Shown piece after piece: positions 23,767-35,563 of a stretch of 37,299 bases of DNA. The position numbers were made by a program, and so were the translations under genes. Every line of letters starts with the position of its first letter. Within the stretch, counting starts at the first letter, position 1. The stretch comes from Octopus bimaculoides (Eukaryota). The DNA lies in assembly GCF_001194135.2 (NCBI RefSeq), contig NC_068985.1:12650259-12687557 (forward strand). Direction: 5' to 3'. The notes under the pieces are model-generated. The model did no database searches, was not told the DNA's origin, and saw only the letters and a list, made by a program, of their open reading frames with translations.

Positions 23767-24154
23767 GTAAGTTAATTGGCATTGATCGTCATACAGGAAA
23801 AATATTACACTTAAAAACCTTTCAGTAATTATTAATTTTCTTCCTAACGAAGTGCTTCAATTTCAAGAATTTAGATTATACAGGAATTGAAAGTGGAAAT
23901 TCTCTTTATGTTTCCTCTTTTTTATTTTGAATATCGATATTATGATAGTGAAAAGCTTCACATAAACAGAATCTGCAGTTTCTTGTCTTATTTTGTGGTT
24001 TAATGTTTTCGATTGGATCATTGTTGTTATTTAAAATACTTGTAGATAATTGATAAATGCCTTTACATATATTATGCGTTTGTATATATCGACGGAGGTT
24101 TAAGGAGTTGCACTTTTCAAGAATTTTTGATTATATTTAACACGGTTCTCGCAG

Positions 24155-24183
24155 TTACATGTTATATTTGGATATACTTCTAC
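24155..24183 (+). CDS. Weak candidate small exon (LHVIFGYTS), phase 0-2
   Basis: cggttctcgcag|...CTAC|gtaaat; phase-compatible, but short enough to be chance. Confidence 0.3.
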
Positions 24184-24848
24184 GTAAATCGTATCGAGAT
24201 ATATTCAAATATTTACATTTAAATATACACACTTTCAACTGCTTGCATCTGATTTTCTTTTTCCGTCTTCAGTTTCCTTTTGTCTGTTTTTTTTTCTATT
24301 CTCATATACGAAGTATTTGTTTTAGAAATATCATAAATTTGCAATCTCCAAATACTTTTTATTATAAACATTGACCAAGTTAAAACGCATTTTGCTAATA
24401 TTTTAGTTCCATATTTGTATACATTTATCACATTTAATGAATACTTTTACTTTAATTGTATTTTCATATTATAAAATTAATGAACTCCATTATATCATCA
24501 TTTAGTTTTAATTAGTCATTCTACAAACTATATTATAAGAAAAGCATCTAAATCAACGACGCCATTTTCAGTTCTATTAGATTCTATAAGTTACCGGTTA
24601 TATTTATATATTTGTCTTAATTGTCATCAACCCATGAACGAATTGAAATTTAGATCTCATTTTCTCTCGTATATTTTCCTTAATTTTCAATTTTTATTTT
24701 TATTTTCTAATCCGGAAACACATTTATAACCCTTACCATCACTCCTTAAAAACACTTTATTGTTGAAATTACATTGTTATATAACAAAGTTTATTTGCGC
24801 ATTTGTAAATTTAAGTGTTAAGAAATTTAATATTATCCTCTTCATTAG

Positions 24849-25059
24849 GACACTGTGCTAGCAGAATCATTAGCACGCCGGGAAAACTGTTTAGTAGCAT
24901 TTCACCCGACTTTATGCTTTGAGTTCAAATTCCACCGGGCTCGACATTGCCTTTCTTCCTTTCGGGTCGATAAAACAAGGAGCATTTAAGCACTGGGATC
25001 GATAAAATTGGCCTAAGCCCGCCCATGAAATTGCTGGTCTTGTGCTACATTTTGAAATC
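24849..25059 (+). mobile_element. SINE family C, first of a head-to-tail pair
   Basis: gctagcagaatcattagcacgccggg; GAGTTCAAATTCC; gcctttcttcctttcgggtcgataaaa. Confidence 0.85.
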
Positions 25060-25079
25060 AATATCATCTTCTTCATTTG

Positions 25080-25290
25080 GAACGTGAGCTGGTTAAACCA
25101 TTAGCACGCCAGGCAAGATGCCCATCGGCATTTTGCTGTTTACGTTCTGAGTTCAATTTCCGCTGAGATCAACATTGCCTTTGATTTCTTTCAGGGGTCG
25201 ATAAAATAAGTACCCGTTATGCATTATGGTCGCTGTAACCGACTTGTTCCGTCTCCCGAACTTGTTGTCCTTGTGGGAAAATTTGTAACC
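25080..25290 (+). mobile_element. SINE family C, second of a head-to-tail pair
   Basis: gtgagctggttaaaccattagcacgccagg; GAGTTCAATTTCC; ggggtcgataaaataagtacc. Confidence 0.85.
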
Positions 25291-26404
25291 AATATTATCT
25301 TCATTAGTAATGCGAAATTCTGGCTTTAAATTAAAATATAACGTGAAAACGTTTTCACTTAGCTTTCCTACTTACAATTTTATGCACAACTCTTGCCCTA
25401 ATTTTTATTATCTATTGCTTTTACTTTTCGTACTTTCTTTCTCACTGTCGTTATTGTCCTTCCTAAGTATGTAATTTCTGTCATGCATATATAAAACTTA
25501 AGTATTTCTAATAACTATAGCTTTATGAATGTGATATCATTCCAACATATATTATTGCAAATATGTTGTTGGATTTGTCTAGAGGACATGTGTGCGAGCG
25601 CCGTATATTATTTCGATGCTCGACGTGGAACGGCTGGTATTTTAAGAAGAGGCCTCTTCATGCGTTATCTATCCGTAGAATTTGGAGTGAAGAGTTAGAC
25701 TATTACGTTTAAGACCCTTATGAGATAAAATTTTATATTAGATTATTTCCTTTCATATATGAAACTACATACAGCATATGTCTGTGAGTCTTTTCTTTTG
25801 TATTTGTGAGTGTGTCTGTGTGCGCGCGGGGTGGAGTATGTGGATGTGTACATTTATGAATATATTTATGATAAACCGGTACAATTGATAGCTGGTTTAC
25901 CATTCTTTCTTGGTCTTTCATGATCACGTTCCTGTAGAATACTGATTTCGTTAAGCCCGACATTTACAGACTATGTTTAAATTAAGTTTCAACAATCACA
26001 GTTCAATATCACACGTCAATTATTCACGCAAACTATAACCATCTCAATAATATTCACTAGTAAACAAATCGTGTCTGCCATTTGTTTGATTGTTTTGTTT
26101 TTTCTCTCGCCAAATTATAAATTAGTCTTCTCTTTTATAACTGCTTTTAAAATAATTATTCAAAGAAATGTAACACTTTTCAGTAGAAGTGCTTAAGGTT
26201 ATTTTAATACTATGAAGCAAAGATCGAAATACGTGTTCAGAACTACAAAATAGCGTATATATTGTCGCTATCGTTACTGGGTAAATATAAGGACATTGTC
26301 CACCAAGCCTTGAAAACTAGCACCATACTTCCTCAGTTAATACCCTCGTGAACTTCCACAATTAAAAATTACCTCGGATGATATTTATTTGTTTTTTATT
26401 TATA

Positions 26405-26711
26405 CGCCCTTTTAAAGCCTAGCCAGGTTCATGGACCCGGTTTCCCGGTTTCTATGGCGTATGTGTTTCCCCCAGCTGGACGGAACGCCAGTCCATCGCA
26501 GGATTACTCAAGAAACAGGAAGAAAGAGTGAGAGAATGTTGGGGCGAAAGAGTACAACAGGAGTCTCCCCCCCCCACACACACACATGTCGGAGCCTCGT
26601 GGAGCTTTAGGTGTTTCCGCTCAATAAACACACACAACGCCCGGTCTGGGAATCGAAACCGCGATCCTCCGACCGCGAGTCCGGTGGCTCTACCACTGGG
26701 CCATTGCGCCT
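26405..26711 (-). mobile_element. tRNA-derived SINE, head B + tail 2 (V-domain-like)
   Basis: Head GGCGCAATGGCCCAGTGGTAGAG...GGTTTCGATTCCC. The tail contains CCTGCGATGGACTGGCGTTCCGTCCAG (26502-26476), resembling the conserved V-SINE domain. Confidence 0.85.
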
Positions 26712-26849
26712 AGGATAAAGCACCTCAGATGATAGGTTCGCAATTTGTTCCAAAAAGTTTTTTTTTTTTAATTCTACCAAACTTTCCACTAGAAGCAAAC
26801 ATTCATTTTCGACAACAGAATCTGGGATAATAAATTCTTTCCTATTTAG

Positions 26850-27044
26850 TTTTGGTAAAATTGGAGGGAGGGCACAAGTAGAATGCATCGTCCCTTGTGC
26901 TCGACCGGTAATTCTATTATCCATCCCGAAAGAGTGAAAGGCAATGTTGACCTCGGAGGAATTCGATCTTAGCATTTAAATATCCGGAAAAAATAACGCT
27001 CAGTATTTCTATCCGACGTGCTAAAGATTCTGCCTGTTGCTGCC
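26850..27044 (-). mobile_element. SINE family C, degenerate
   Basis: Reverse complement ggcagcaacaggcagaatctttagcacgtcgg...gaggtcaacattgcctttcactctttcggg. Confidence 0.75.
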
Positions 27045-27799
27045 TTCAGTCTAAGGTGTTATTAGTCAAAAGCAAACAATTAATAACTGGCTGGTATCGG
27101 TGTAAATGATTTCACCCAGCAGTATGTTGTCCATTCATAACTACTTGTATGACTACAAACTATCACTTCAGTGTTTGTGTGTCTATACCAACTGTAATTG
27201 GATCCTTACGCCAAATACGCAGTGTTAGTTAGTCGTTTTCTGAACAACAATCTCAGATTTTCATTACACCAAGATTTGACGTACGTATACGAAAGAGAAA
27301 CTGAAGATTAGGCTGTACATTTTTACACTAAGCTGTATACTTAAATTCAACACCACATATGTCAATTCTCCTAGACTTTCTGCTATGTACATTAGTTTTA
27401 TAATCTGCATCCTCTACTTCTTTATTTGTATGTAGAAACATGAGATAGTTAGAGTAAATTAACAACATATAAGACGAATTGTGTACATTCACATTTTTAT
27501 TTGGAAACCTTTTGGCTTACACCTCCATCGGATTTTTATACGTAGTGTGTATACACGTAGACCACAGAACCACGTCATTATTGTCTTAGCTGTGATATCT
27601 CCCACTGACTGGACTCTACACATTGAAAAAGAGTAACAAGCTAGATAATTTATTTATAGATATAACATGAAGAGTAAAAGAATGGCAGAGTATCTTGGTA
27701 ATGAATCTGATTAATACGGTATAACGAAAAGTTAAATATGAACAACAAATTCAGATTTACTAGTTCTTATGGTTACACACATAATATATGAAGCGTGTT

Positions 27800-28013
27800 G
27801 GCGCATGGCTTAGTGGTTAAGGTGTTAGACTCATGAACATAAGATTGCATTTTCGATTCCTGATCCGAGCGATACATTTTGTCATTGAGCAAAACACTAC
27901 GTTTGTTGTTGCTCCAGTTCACTCAGCTTCCAAAACATCAGTAATTCTGCGATGAAATGGCATCCCGTTCAAGGGAAGAATATACACACCTCAGAATCCT
28001 GGAAAATGGCCTT
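27800..28013 (+). mobile_element. tRNA-derived SINE, head A + tail 2 (V-domain-like)
   Basis: A box TGGCTTAGTGG at 27806-27816; body gttgctccagttcactcagc shared with 1619; tail ctgcgatgaaatggcatcccgttcaaggg shared with the reverse complement of 26405-26502. Confidence 0.75.
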
Positions 28014-28184
28014 ATATATCAAATGGCTCAGGAAGGACATTTGATCCTTTATAAGAAAAAAAGAAAACAGTATACATTGGGAAAAACATAATCATTGGTT
28101 TGTGTTCATGTGTTTGCAAAGAGCATAACATGAATAAATAATCTATCGGCATTTCAGTTTTTCTTATGTTCGGATGAAAAAGCT

Positions 28185-29016
28185 TAAGAGGGAGGACTGA
28201 AACGTTCATAGGCTGACCACGATGCAATCGTCGAACTTGACCAAATGAGCTTTATTTTTCGACATAGTCTCCCCTGCAGTCCATACGGTTCTTCCCTCGT
28301 TGTTGCAGCGCTTGGAATCCTGGGATATAGAAACTCTAACACTGACCCTCAAAAAGTCCTGAACGGCAGATATAACCTCATCATCTACACGATATTACTT
28401 CGCGGCCATGTGTTTTGCTTATGTTGGAGAACAGAAAATAGTCAGTTGGTGCCAAATCAGAATATGGAGGGCGATCAAACAGTTCAAAACCACAGTCGCA
28501 TACAGCGCCAATACAACCACAGACTTGTGTGCAGAAGCATTGTCCTGGTGAAGCAGAAACCACTTCGTATGATTAATATTTAACAGTCTGTCATGAATCA
28601 CAATGTGGTGAACACGGTCGGCGTTTTCTTGGGTGGTGGCTGTGACAGGATGTCTGAACTTTAGATCCACTTCAAGACTCTCCCTACCCCTATTGAATTC
28701 AGCTGCCCACTTTTACACAATTGATAAATCTGAAACATTATCTTCCAATGTAGACAACATGTCAACTTGAATGTCTTTCGAGGTTAACCTCTTTTTCTGC
28801 AGATATTTGATAACACCACGGTGCCAAATTTTATCCATTTTCACGAAATGTCTTTAGTACCACTTTTCCAAGTGCTCAATTCGGTATCCAGTGTGGGTTT
28901 ATCGGGAACGGAAAATGCAGTTAGCATCAGTAAAGGTAGAATTTAATGCACGCCAAGTTTAATTACTGTATAACTCCTTCTTAGTCAGCCTATGGACTTT
29001 TCAGCCCACCCTCATA
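28185..29016 (-). mobile_element. Mariner (DD34D) element with both TIRs and an internally deleted transposase
   Basis: TIRs TA-AGAGGGAGGACTGAAACGTTCATAGGCTGAC and reverse-complement TA-TGAGGGTGGGCTGAAAAGTCCATAGGCTGAC. ATG at 28838 gives MDKIWHRGVIKYLQKK..*KWAAEFNRGRESLE, fused in frame to FLLHQDNASAH, then in another frame FELFDRPPYSDLAPTDYFLF (YSPDLAP motif). Confidence 0.92.
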
Positions 29017-30344
29017 TATGCTAATCATTAGCCATGATATCATGGAAAATATATGACCATCCTTGCAATAGACATTGAGAAAACTGAAGACATTCCAAAC
29101 GTTTAAGCCAGCAAAATCTAATAACCGTAGATGAATATCTAATACGTGATACACGGATTAGGCATCGCAACAGTACTATAAAACCTGTAACTACAGGAGA
29201 CAGAATGGCAACAAAAATAGTGAGAATGTACAAACTATACTTTGGTCGGAATTAGTTATAGATTAAATGGAAGCAAACATACAATATACAGTAAACAGTG
29301 TACGAAATAAGATGAGAAAAGATTTCCCTAAATATTCAAACTTACAGAATTCACAGACGTAATTATTTTTCATGGAAATTCTCTGGAGACGCATAGGCCA
29401 GGCTGTAGAGATTGTTCTTACAGTGTAATAAAATATTGCCACAAGAAATAATACAAAGTAATTTAACTGAATATATATATATATATATATGTGAGTGCGT
29501 GTATATATAGGTTCATTACGTGTTTGCGCGTATTGCTCTATATGTGTGGTTGTGTGTACAGTGGCATTCTTGCATACACACATATACACATATATGCTTA
29601 GAATAATGGTAGACAATAACGATTCTGTGTCGATAACAATCTATTGAGAAAATGTATGAAATGAAATATGGTGAATACAAAATACATTAAGTTCCATGCG
29701 ATATCCTCTTCCAAAAACTTGCAACCTGCAGACAGGTGTTATATTTATAGGTCACGTTTTGTGAATAATTATCTTCAAAGAAATTTTGTGGAGGTAATAT
29801 ATACTAATTGTTTCTTTTTAATCATTTCCGAAACCCTACAATACGACACGGTGACAGATGTTCCCACGCTTCTATATGTTAAGGTGAAATATTTATTTTA
29901 TATACATCTGACACTGAAGATCAAAGCAGTTATTATAAATTAGCTTCTAAGCTGTAACACAAATACATTAAGCGTTATTTCTCTGAATACTCCTTGGAAT
30001 GGATGTTTTATACTTTGTTTAAACGATTTCTTTCTACTAAGGGTACTTCAACATCTGTCAGGGGGTTAATCTAACTTGTCCCTCATTGAGTTAAAGAAGC
30101 TTTTCTACTAAATTACCATCTAAGCATATCCAAGATATATTTGTAACGCGCTCATTCCATATATAGAACCATAGAAACTATACTATTCCCATTCCGGAAA
30201 TGAATGTGAAACTTCAGCAGGGATTCATCGTTACTGCTATCGTAAAAACAATTGCTTCTATATCATAAAACTGCAGTTCATGCTTTGCTAGTTAATAGAA
30301 ATTTTTCTTTTAATTTAATTACCTATGATGCACAGGTTTGTCTT

Positions 30345-30508
30345 TAGCGCGTAAAAAGTTTTGCTTTGCATCCACATTGTTAAGAATTCGGTTTTTACTG
30401 TGCTGCAACATGAGCTAGTGACTTTCAGCATGGCCCAGGTCCGATTGCTGAGTTTATTTGGGAGATGAAACTTAAATAGATACCAATCGCAAAATATGTG
30501 TATTTATT

Positions 30509-30540
<32 letters not shown>

Positions 30541-30568
30541 ACGTCATCTGATTGACTTGCTACCGGTT
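30345..30568 (+). mobile_element. Very degenerate SINE family D 5' part with internal (GT)n
   Basis: aagttttgctttgcatccacattg...ttcggtttttactgtg...gagtttatttgggagatgaaact, then (GT)n at 30511-30540. Recognised by overall layout only. Confidence 0.4.
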
Positions 30569-30896
30569 AAGAAAAGAAAAGAGGTTACATTGTTTAAATT
30601 CCCGAAAATTAGCGATTCATTGAATGAAACCGACAAAATCATATCCAGACATTAAATTACAGATGATCGGGTAGGTTTTATTGCATAAACCCAGTAAGGC
30701 TGGGATCCTGCAAAGCCANNNNNNNNNNTGACTGAAAGAAATCAATTTATAAAATAATTAAAGGGTCATAGATGTGTTGATTTTCAGGGCCTGATACATT
30801 AATAACTGGGGGTCCTTTTTTTTTTCGTGTTTTTTTTTTTTTTCTGTATGCACCTAAGACGAATACTTTGCAGTAATATTTTTCTTTTAAAGAAAA

Positions 30897-31110
30897 TGGT
30901 GAGCTAGCAGAAACGATAGCACGACGGGCGAAATGCTTAGCGGTATTCTGTCTGTCTTTACGTTCTGAGTTCAAATTACGCTGAGGTGGACTTTGACTTT
31001 CATCCTTTCGGGATCGATAAATTAAGTAGCAGTTGCCTACTGGGCTCGATCTAACCGACTGGACCCCCTCTCCAAACGTTTCGGGCCTTGTGCCTAAAGT
31101 AGAAAAGAAT
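30897..31110 (+). mobile_element. SINE family C, full length and well preserved
   Basis: GGTGAGCTAGCAGAAACGATAGCACGACGGGCGAAATGCTTAGC; B box GAGTTCAAATT; 3' GGCCTTGTGCCTAAAGTAGAAAAGAAT. Confidence 0.9.
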
Positions 31111-31230
31111 ATTTTTCTCTTGAAGGACTTGTGCCTACAGTAGAAATCATTATTTCTCTCTTCATCTGAAAGAGGCATTCTATGATAGTTGTGCTATGTG
31201 TGTGTGTGTATTCTGTTATATTTTACATTT

Positions 31231-31445
31231 TTACTTGTTTCAGTCATTTTACTACGGCCATGCAGGAGCACCGCCTTCAAAAGTATTTTAGTCGAAAAAA
31301 TCGACTCCAGTCTTGACTTATTCTTTTAATGACTAGTACTTATTTTATCGGTCTAATTTGCCGAGCCGCAAGACGTAGACATACCAACATTACTTGTCAA
31401 ACGATGGTGTGTAGGGGGGGGCATAGACACAAGACCCACACATAT
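31231..31445 (-). mobile_element. SINE family D 3' part (head absent)
   Basis: ttcagtcattttactacggccatgcaggagcaccgcc...tcgactccag...gtacttattttatcggtc resembles the 3' half of a common octopus SINE. Recognition only. Confidence 0.6.
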
Positions 31446-31459
31446 GTACATATATGCAA

Positions 31460-31464
<5 letters not shown>

Positions 31465-31500
<36 letters not shown>

Positions 31501-31531
31501 AAATAGATAAATTGAGAGTGAGAGATGGAGG

Positions 31532-31590
<59 letters not shown>
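31465..31590. repeat. (GA)n and (GATA)n microsatellites
   Basis: Direct reading. Confidence 0.96.
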
Positions 31591-31592
<2 letters not shown>

Positions 31593-31868
31593 CTTTCTTT
31601 ATTGACCACACAGGGCTGGACACACAGGGGACAAATACAAATGTAGAACTTTTCTTCTAGAAAATGAAAATTAAAAATAAAAAAAGAGAAAAAAAGTAAA
31701 ATTCTGATCAAAAGGCGTCAGGAAAAAAAAAGGCGATCAAAAGGGATCGTGTATCACTGAAGAAATTTAAAAATGTAAGAAGCAGATTTGGTTTATCCGT
31801 GGAAAGATAAGCCTACGGAAAAAAAAACACGGTAAACTCAGGCAGGAAGGGAATAAACACATGAGAGC
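31591..31868 (-). mobile_element. LINE-like 3' UTR fragment (possibly L1/Tx1 clade)
   Basis: The minus strand ends ...CCCTGTGTGGTCAATAAAGAAAGTT directly into (ATCT)n: a polyA signal followed by a microsatellite tail. No ORF remains, so the clade call is inference. Confidence 0.45.
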
Positions 31869-31871
31869 AAA

Positions 31872-31872
<1 letters not shown>

Positions 31873-31928
<56 letters not shown>
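31873..31928. repeat. (CT)n microsatellite
   Basis: Direct reading. Confidence 0.97.
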
Positions 31929-31934
<6 letters not shown>

Positions 31935-31939
31935 TACAG

Positions 31940-32145
31940 GATCATGCTCAAAGTGGTTTCGTCACTCGCACGCACCATTCACCCACCTTTTTCTGAAACT
32001 TTCACGAGACAAAACCTCCCTCTCCAAAACCTTACCTTCCTGAATATTTCCCTTCACATGGTTATCTGTTGCGTTGTAATTACCATACTAACAACCCTTT
32101 ATTTTAATGGAGGTTGGTGGTTGCCTTGAGGTCTTTTACAGCAAG
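31940..32145 (+). CDS. Candidate exon; the phase-2 frame ends in a hydrophobic segment and a stop at 32129 (IMLKVVSS...MVICCVVITILTTLYFNGGWWLP*)
   Basis: Acceptor (CT)n-tcgatttacag and a perfect donor CAAG|gtaagt; the reading frame is ambiguous. Confidence 0.4.
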
Positions 32146-32432
32146 GTAAGTGTTACTTTTGGCCACCTATTGTTGAAAGCGTTTGTCCAGTAACAATGGC
32201 TACCAAACTTATAATGATATAACTGAACTGAATGACAACCTCGTCATTATACTTCTGAGTTTCATGCTGGTAAACACTGAAATGATCTCTTCTAAAGATT
32301 TGTCACACATCACTTATGCTAGACAGTACACATGCAGCTCAGTAAAGCCATAAAGAGATTTCGCTGATTTGTACGTACTGAGAGACAGCCGCTTTCATCA
32401 TTACCACATCCAACATCATCATTTTGTTACAG

Positions 32433-32495
32433 GCCTCAACTAAAACATCTGCAACAAAATATAGCAGAAACGCAACCTCGCAGTTTTCAGAACTG
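32433..32495 (+). CDS. Candidate 63-nt exon, open in phase 0 and phase 2
   Basis: tcattttgttacag|...AACTG|gtaaat; length is a multiple of 3. Confidence 0.45.
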
Positions 32496-34078
32496 GTAAA
32501 TTGATCTTGATCCTTCAGTGAAAATATTCTCTCCTACTGAGATGAAAATAAAAGCTACTTCCTAAAGTGTACTCACATTTAATATGTATGCAGCGTTCAA
32601 TAAGAACAATTTTATTTTCATGGACATATTCTTTTCTTCAATGCATAAATATGAACGCAGAACTTAAAAAACAGTGTTTTAGCAAATGTAAGTTTTGCCA
32701 AAGTAAAAGAGTGCCCTAAGTACCTTATCGTTTGAAACTTTTTTCTTCTTCTTTTTTTTTTTTTGTTACATTGAAGTCCTTATACGGCATTGATGTGCAT
32801 ACACGAGCAGAAGGTAAAACATACATGTCGTACACAAATGGCGTGTGAGATTCTCAAAAAAATAAATAAATAAAGTATATTAAAAATTCTTTTTGTGCTG
32901 TGCGCCACCATACGATATTAAATGTACAGGCGCCCCTCCCCTACCCCACACACAATCATATCCGCGAAAGTAAAAACAAAAATTACAGTACACACACACA
33001 TATATTATATATGCATAAATAGATATAGACATACACATATTCAAGCAAGAATGGAAAAAAAATTCTATTGATCCCTCGCCATTCTTTGACTTTATCAACT
33101 GCTATTATCCCTGCCTTACTCTTCCTTTTACTCACAACAGTGCTTCCTCTGACTCCCTCACTTTCTCCCTGTCTCTCTCTCTCTTTTTCTCTCTCCCTCT
33201 CCGCCCCCCCCTCTCTCTGTCTCTGTCTATCTCTATTTCTATCTATCTGTCTGTTTATCTATCATTCCAACTATATATCTATCTCTGTGATAACACGAAT
33301 AGGTTAGCTTGCCCTCACTCTTCCACTCTCTCTGTCCTTCACACGCACACACATACACACACGCGCGTGCTCTCTGACGTCAGTAAAAATTCAATTTATG
33401 CTGAGTAGTCCATTCAATCACATACAATCACAAAAATATGCTAGATTTTTTTTTTTATGCATCTTTCTTGAAGTAAAAGTCTATAGAATTACATTTCTTG
33501 CTATTTAGATCCAATTTCTAAATTTTATTTTAACTATATTCTCTGAAACATAGACTATATTGAACATATAAGTAATATAGATAAAATCGTACCAGTGGTT
33601 ATCTATCTCTATTAATTCACACTTGTTTATACACATAGACATACATGCACACAATTATTCGTTATGCATGTTGTACTGAATCACGGTTTATGTTTTACTC
33701 AAAGCTTCTTACAAATGTTCTGATAAACCAAACGGAGTACAATCCTATCTAATGCGAGTGAGATGCCTCGTTTAGATATTCCATTAATGATCAAGCTCTT
33801 TGTTCATCTGTCATGAACTGAACAACAGTGCAAAACTACTTGATATTTTCCATCTGATTTCACTACAGGAGATCAAAACAGTTTGCTGACCTTTCCAACC
33901 AATCCGACAACGAACACACCGGGTTTCGTTTATTAAAATAATATTTTGGTAGAAAAAAAAACGTCTTTCAAGATGACTTTGAATCCAGTACCAACTGTAT
34001 ACGTCGAGGTGTTTCCGATTTTGTAACTATGTGTATTAGTTTGAACTGTTCTACCAAAAGAAAGAAAGTATTCGCCAG

Positions 34079-34128
34079 GATTCTCCTCAACAGCAAGAGT
34101 TAGATGCGTGTCTACGTCGCTTGTGTGG
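34079..34128 (+). CDS. Candidate exon (DSPQQQELDACLRRLC), phase 0-2
   Basis: ttcgccag|...GTGG|gtaagc; strong donor, weak acceptor. Confidence 0.35.
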
Positions 34129-34264
34129 GTAAGCTCATGTAACTACCACTCAGTGTGTTCACCGGTTACGTATGCATGTATATGTGTATACACACACACT
34201 TAGACACACACGCCCAGACAAATACATAAACACACAAATACACGCACACACACTCATTCATATA

Positions 34265-35135
34265 TACGTTGGCTGATCAATAAGCATGCGGACGCTTGCT
34301 ATAGTAACGGAGCTGAAGTACGCAAAGTGAAGCCGCTTGGTACAGATTGTTCTCAAACTCTGTTGTGCATGTAAACTAAGCTTTAACGTTCTAGCTCACT
34401 GCCGATGTTTACAGCAGTGCTTGGAAGGAAGGTGTGTAGCGTGTGTTTATCGCATTGACAATGACAGAGGAAGTTGAGCAGAGAATCGGCATCAAATGTT
34501 GCCAAAATCTTGGCAGTACCTGTCCTGAGACGTACACAAAGTTTTCAAAAAAATTTCATCGTTCTCAACACAAACAAGGAGATCTTGGGCAACTGAAACC
34601 CGAGTGTCTTTTTGGTCAGCTGAAAGCAGTTTTGGCATGAACTTAGCAGACACGACACCCATCTCATAGCCATATCTTCAGTGATAATGGACTGAACTGA
34701 ACTGTAAACTAATCTGCACTTCCTCTGATAACTCACGGATGGTGACTCAACGATTTCCCCTCACAGTTGCACGCACATCTGCGATGTTTTTCTCATTTCT
34801 GCTGGTCGTGGATCACCCAAGACGTTAGTGGATATCATCATTTTTTATCCATCTTGGAAACGGCTGAAACACTTATACACATGTGTGCGGCTTATACACT
34901 CCTCTCCATACACTTTCTGCAACTTAGCGTATGATTCGGAGCAGGTATCACCATGACATCTTTCTCTGCTCTAAACACAGCACTTTTGCAAACAGCGGGA
35001 GTGACCTAGAACGTTAAAACCTAGTGCGCATGCACAACAGGGTTCAAGGTCAACCTTTGCCAAGCAGCTTTACTCTGCGTGCTTTAGCTTCATGAATACG
35101 GCAACAGTCCGGATACATTTTGATCTGACATTATA
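34265..35135. mobile_element. Fold-back mariner derivative made of two 5' ends in inverted orientation
   Basis: The left arm (+) has a TIR, 5' UTR and ATG at 34461 (MTEEVEQRIGIKCCQNLGSTCPETYTK). The right arm (-) has a homologous TIR/5' UTR and transposase remnants (DTCSESYAKLQKVYGEE..., SVQSIITED..., KLLSADQKDTRVSVAQDLLVCVENDE). Junction at ~34540; TA at both ends. Confidence 0.88.
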
Positions 35136-35563
35136 CGTACACACACACACACACACACACACACATATTGATGCATCTTTCACGATATAAATGCAGCGTT
35201 ACATCTATTGATTTGTGTCATATTGCCTAGCCATCAAATGTTGCTTTCCTGTCACTAATATAGGTGTCGTTCGGACTGCCCTGCTTCCCATACCGGTCTA
35301 TACGTAAAATGTGCACGATAGAAAGGGCGGGCACTATATGGTGTAATTTGCCACCTTCGATCTGACAGTTAATTCGACCCAAACGATTTTGTTCGATTAT
35401 AGTCATTGCCATAGATCCCGAGTACATATTGAGATATTGAAATTTTTACATTATAATTCAAGTGACAAAAATATATAGATTCTATCATGTCACCCAGCCA
35501 CATACGGGTGGTCCTTTGTTAATTGCTCGAACTGGCAAAATGTGCACAAAGTGTTTTTAAAAA

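Noticed and set aside
25570-27640. Additional phase-compatible exon candidates (~25682, ~26241, ~27592)
   Set aside because: Weak splice sites; short exons can be chained by chance in AT-rich DNA, so RNA evidence is needed.
29085-29255. ~57-codon open plus-strand frame (RHSKRLSQQNLITVDEYLIRD...)
   Set aside because: No credible acceptor and no recognisable motif.
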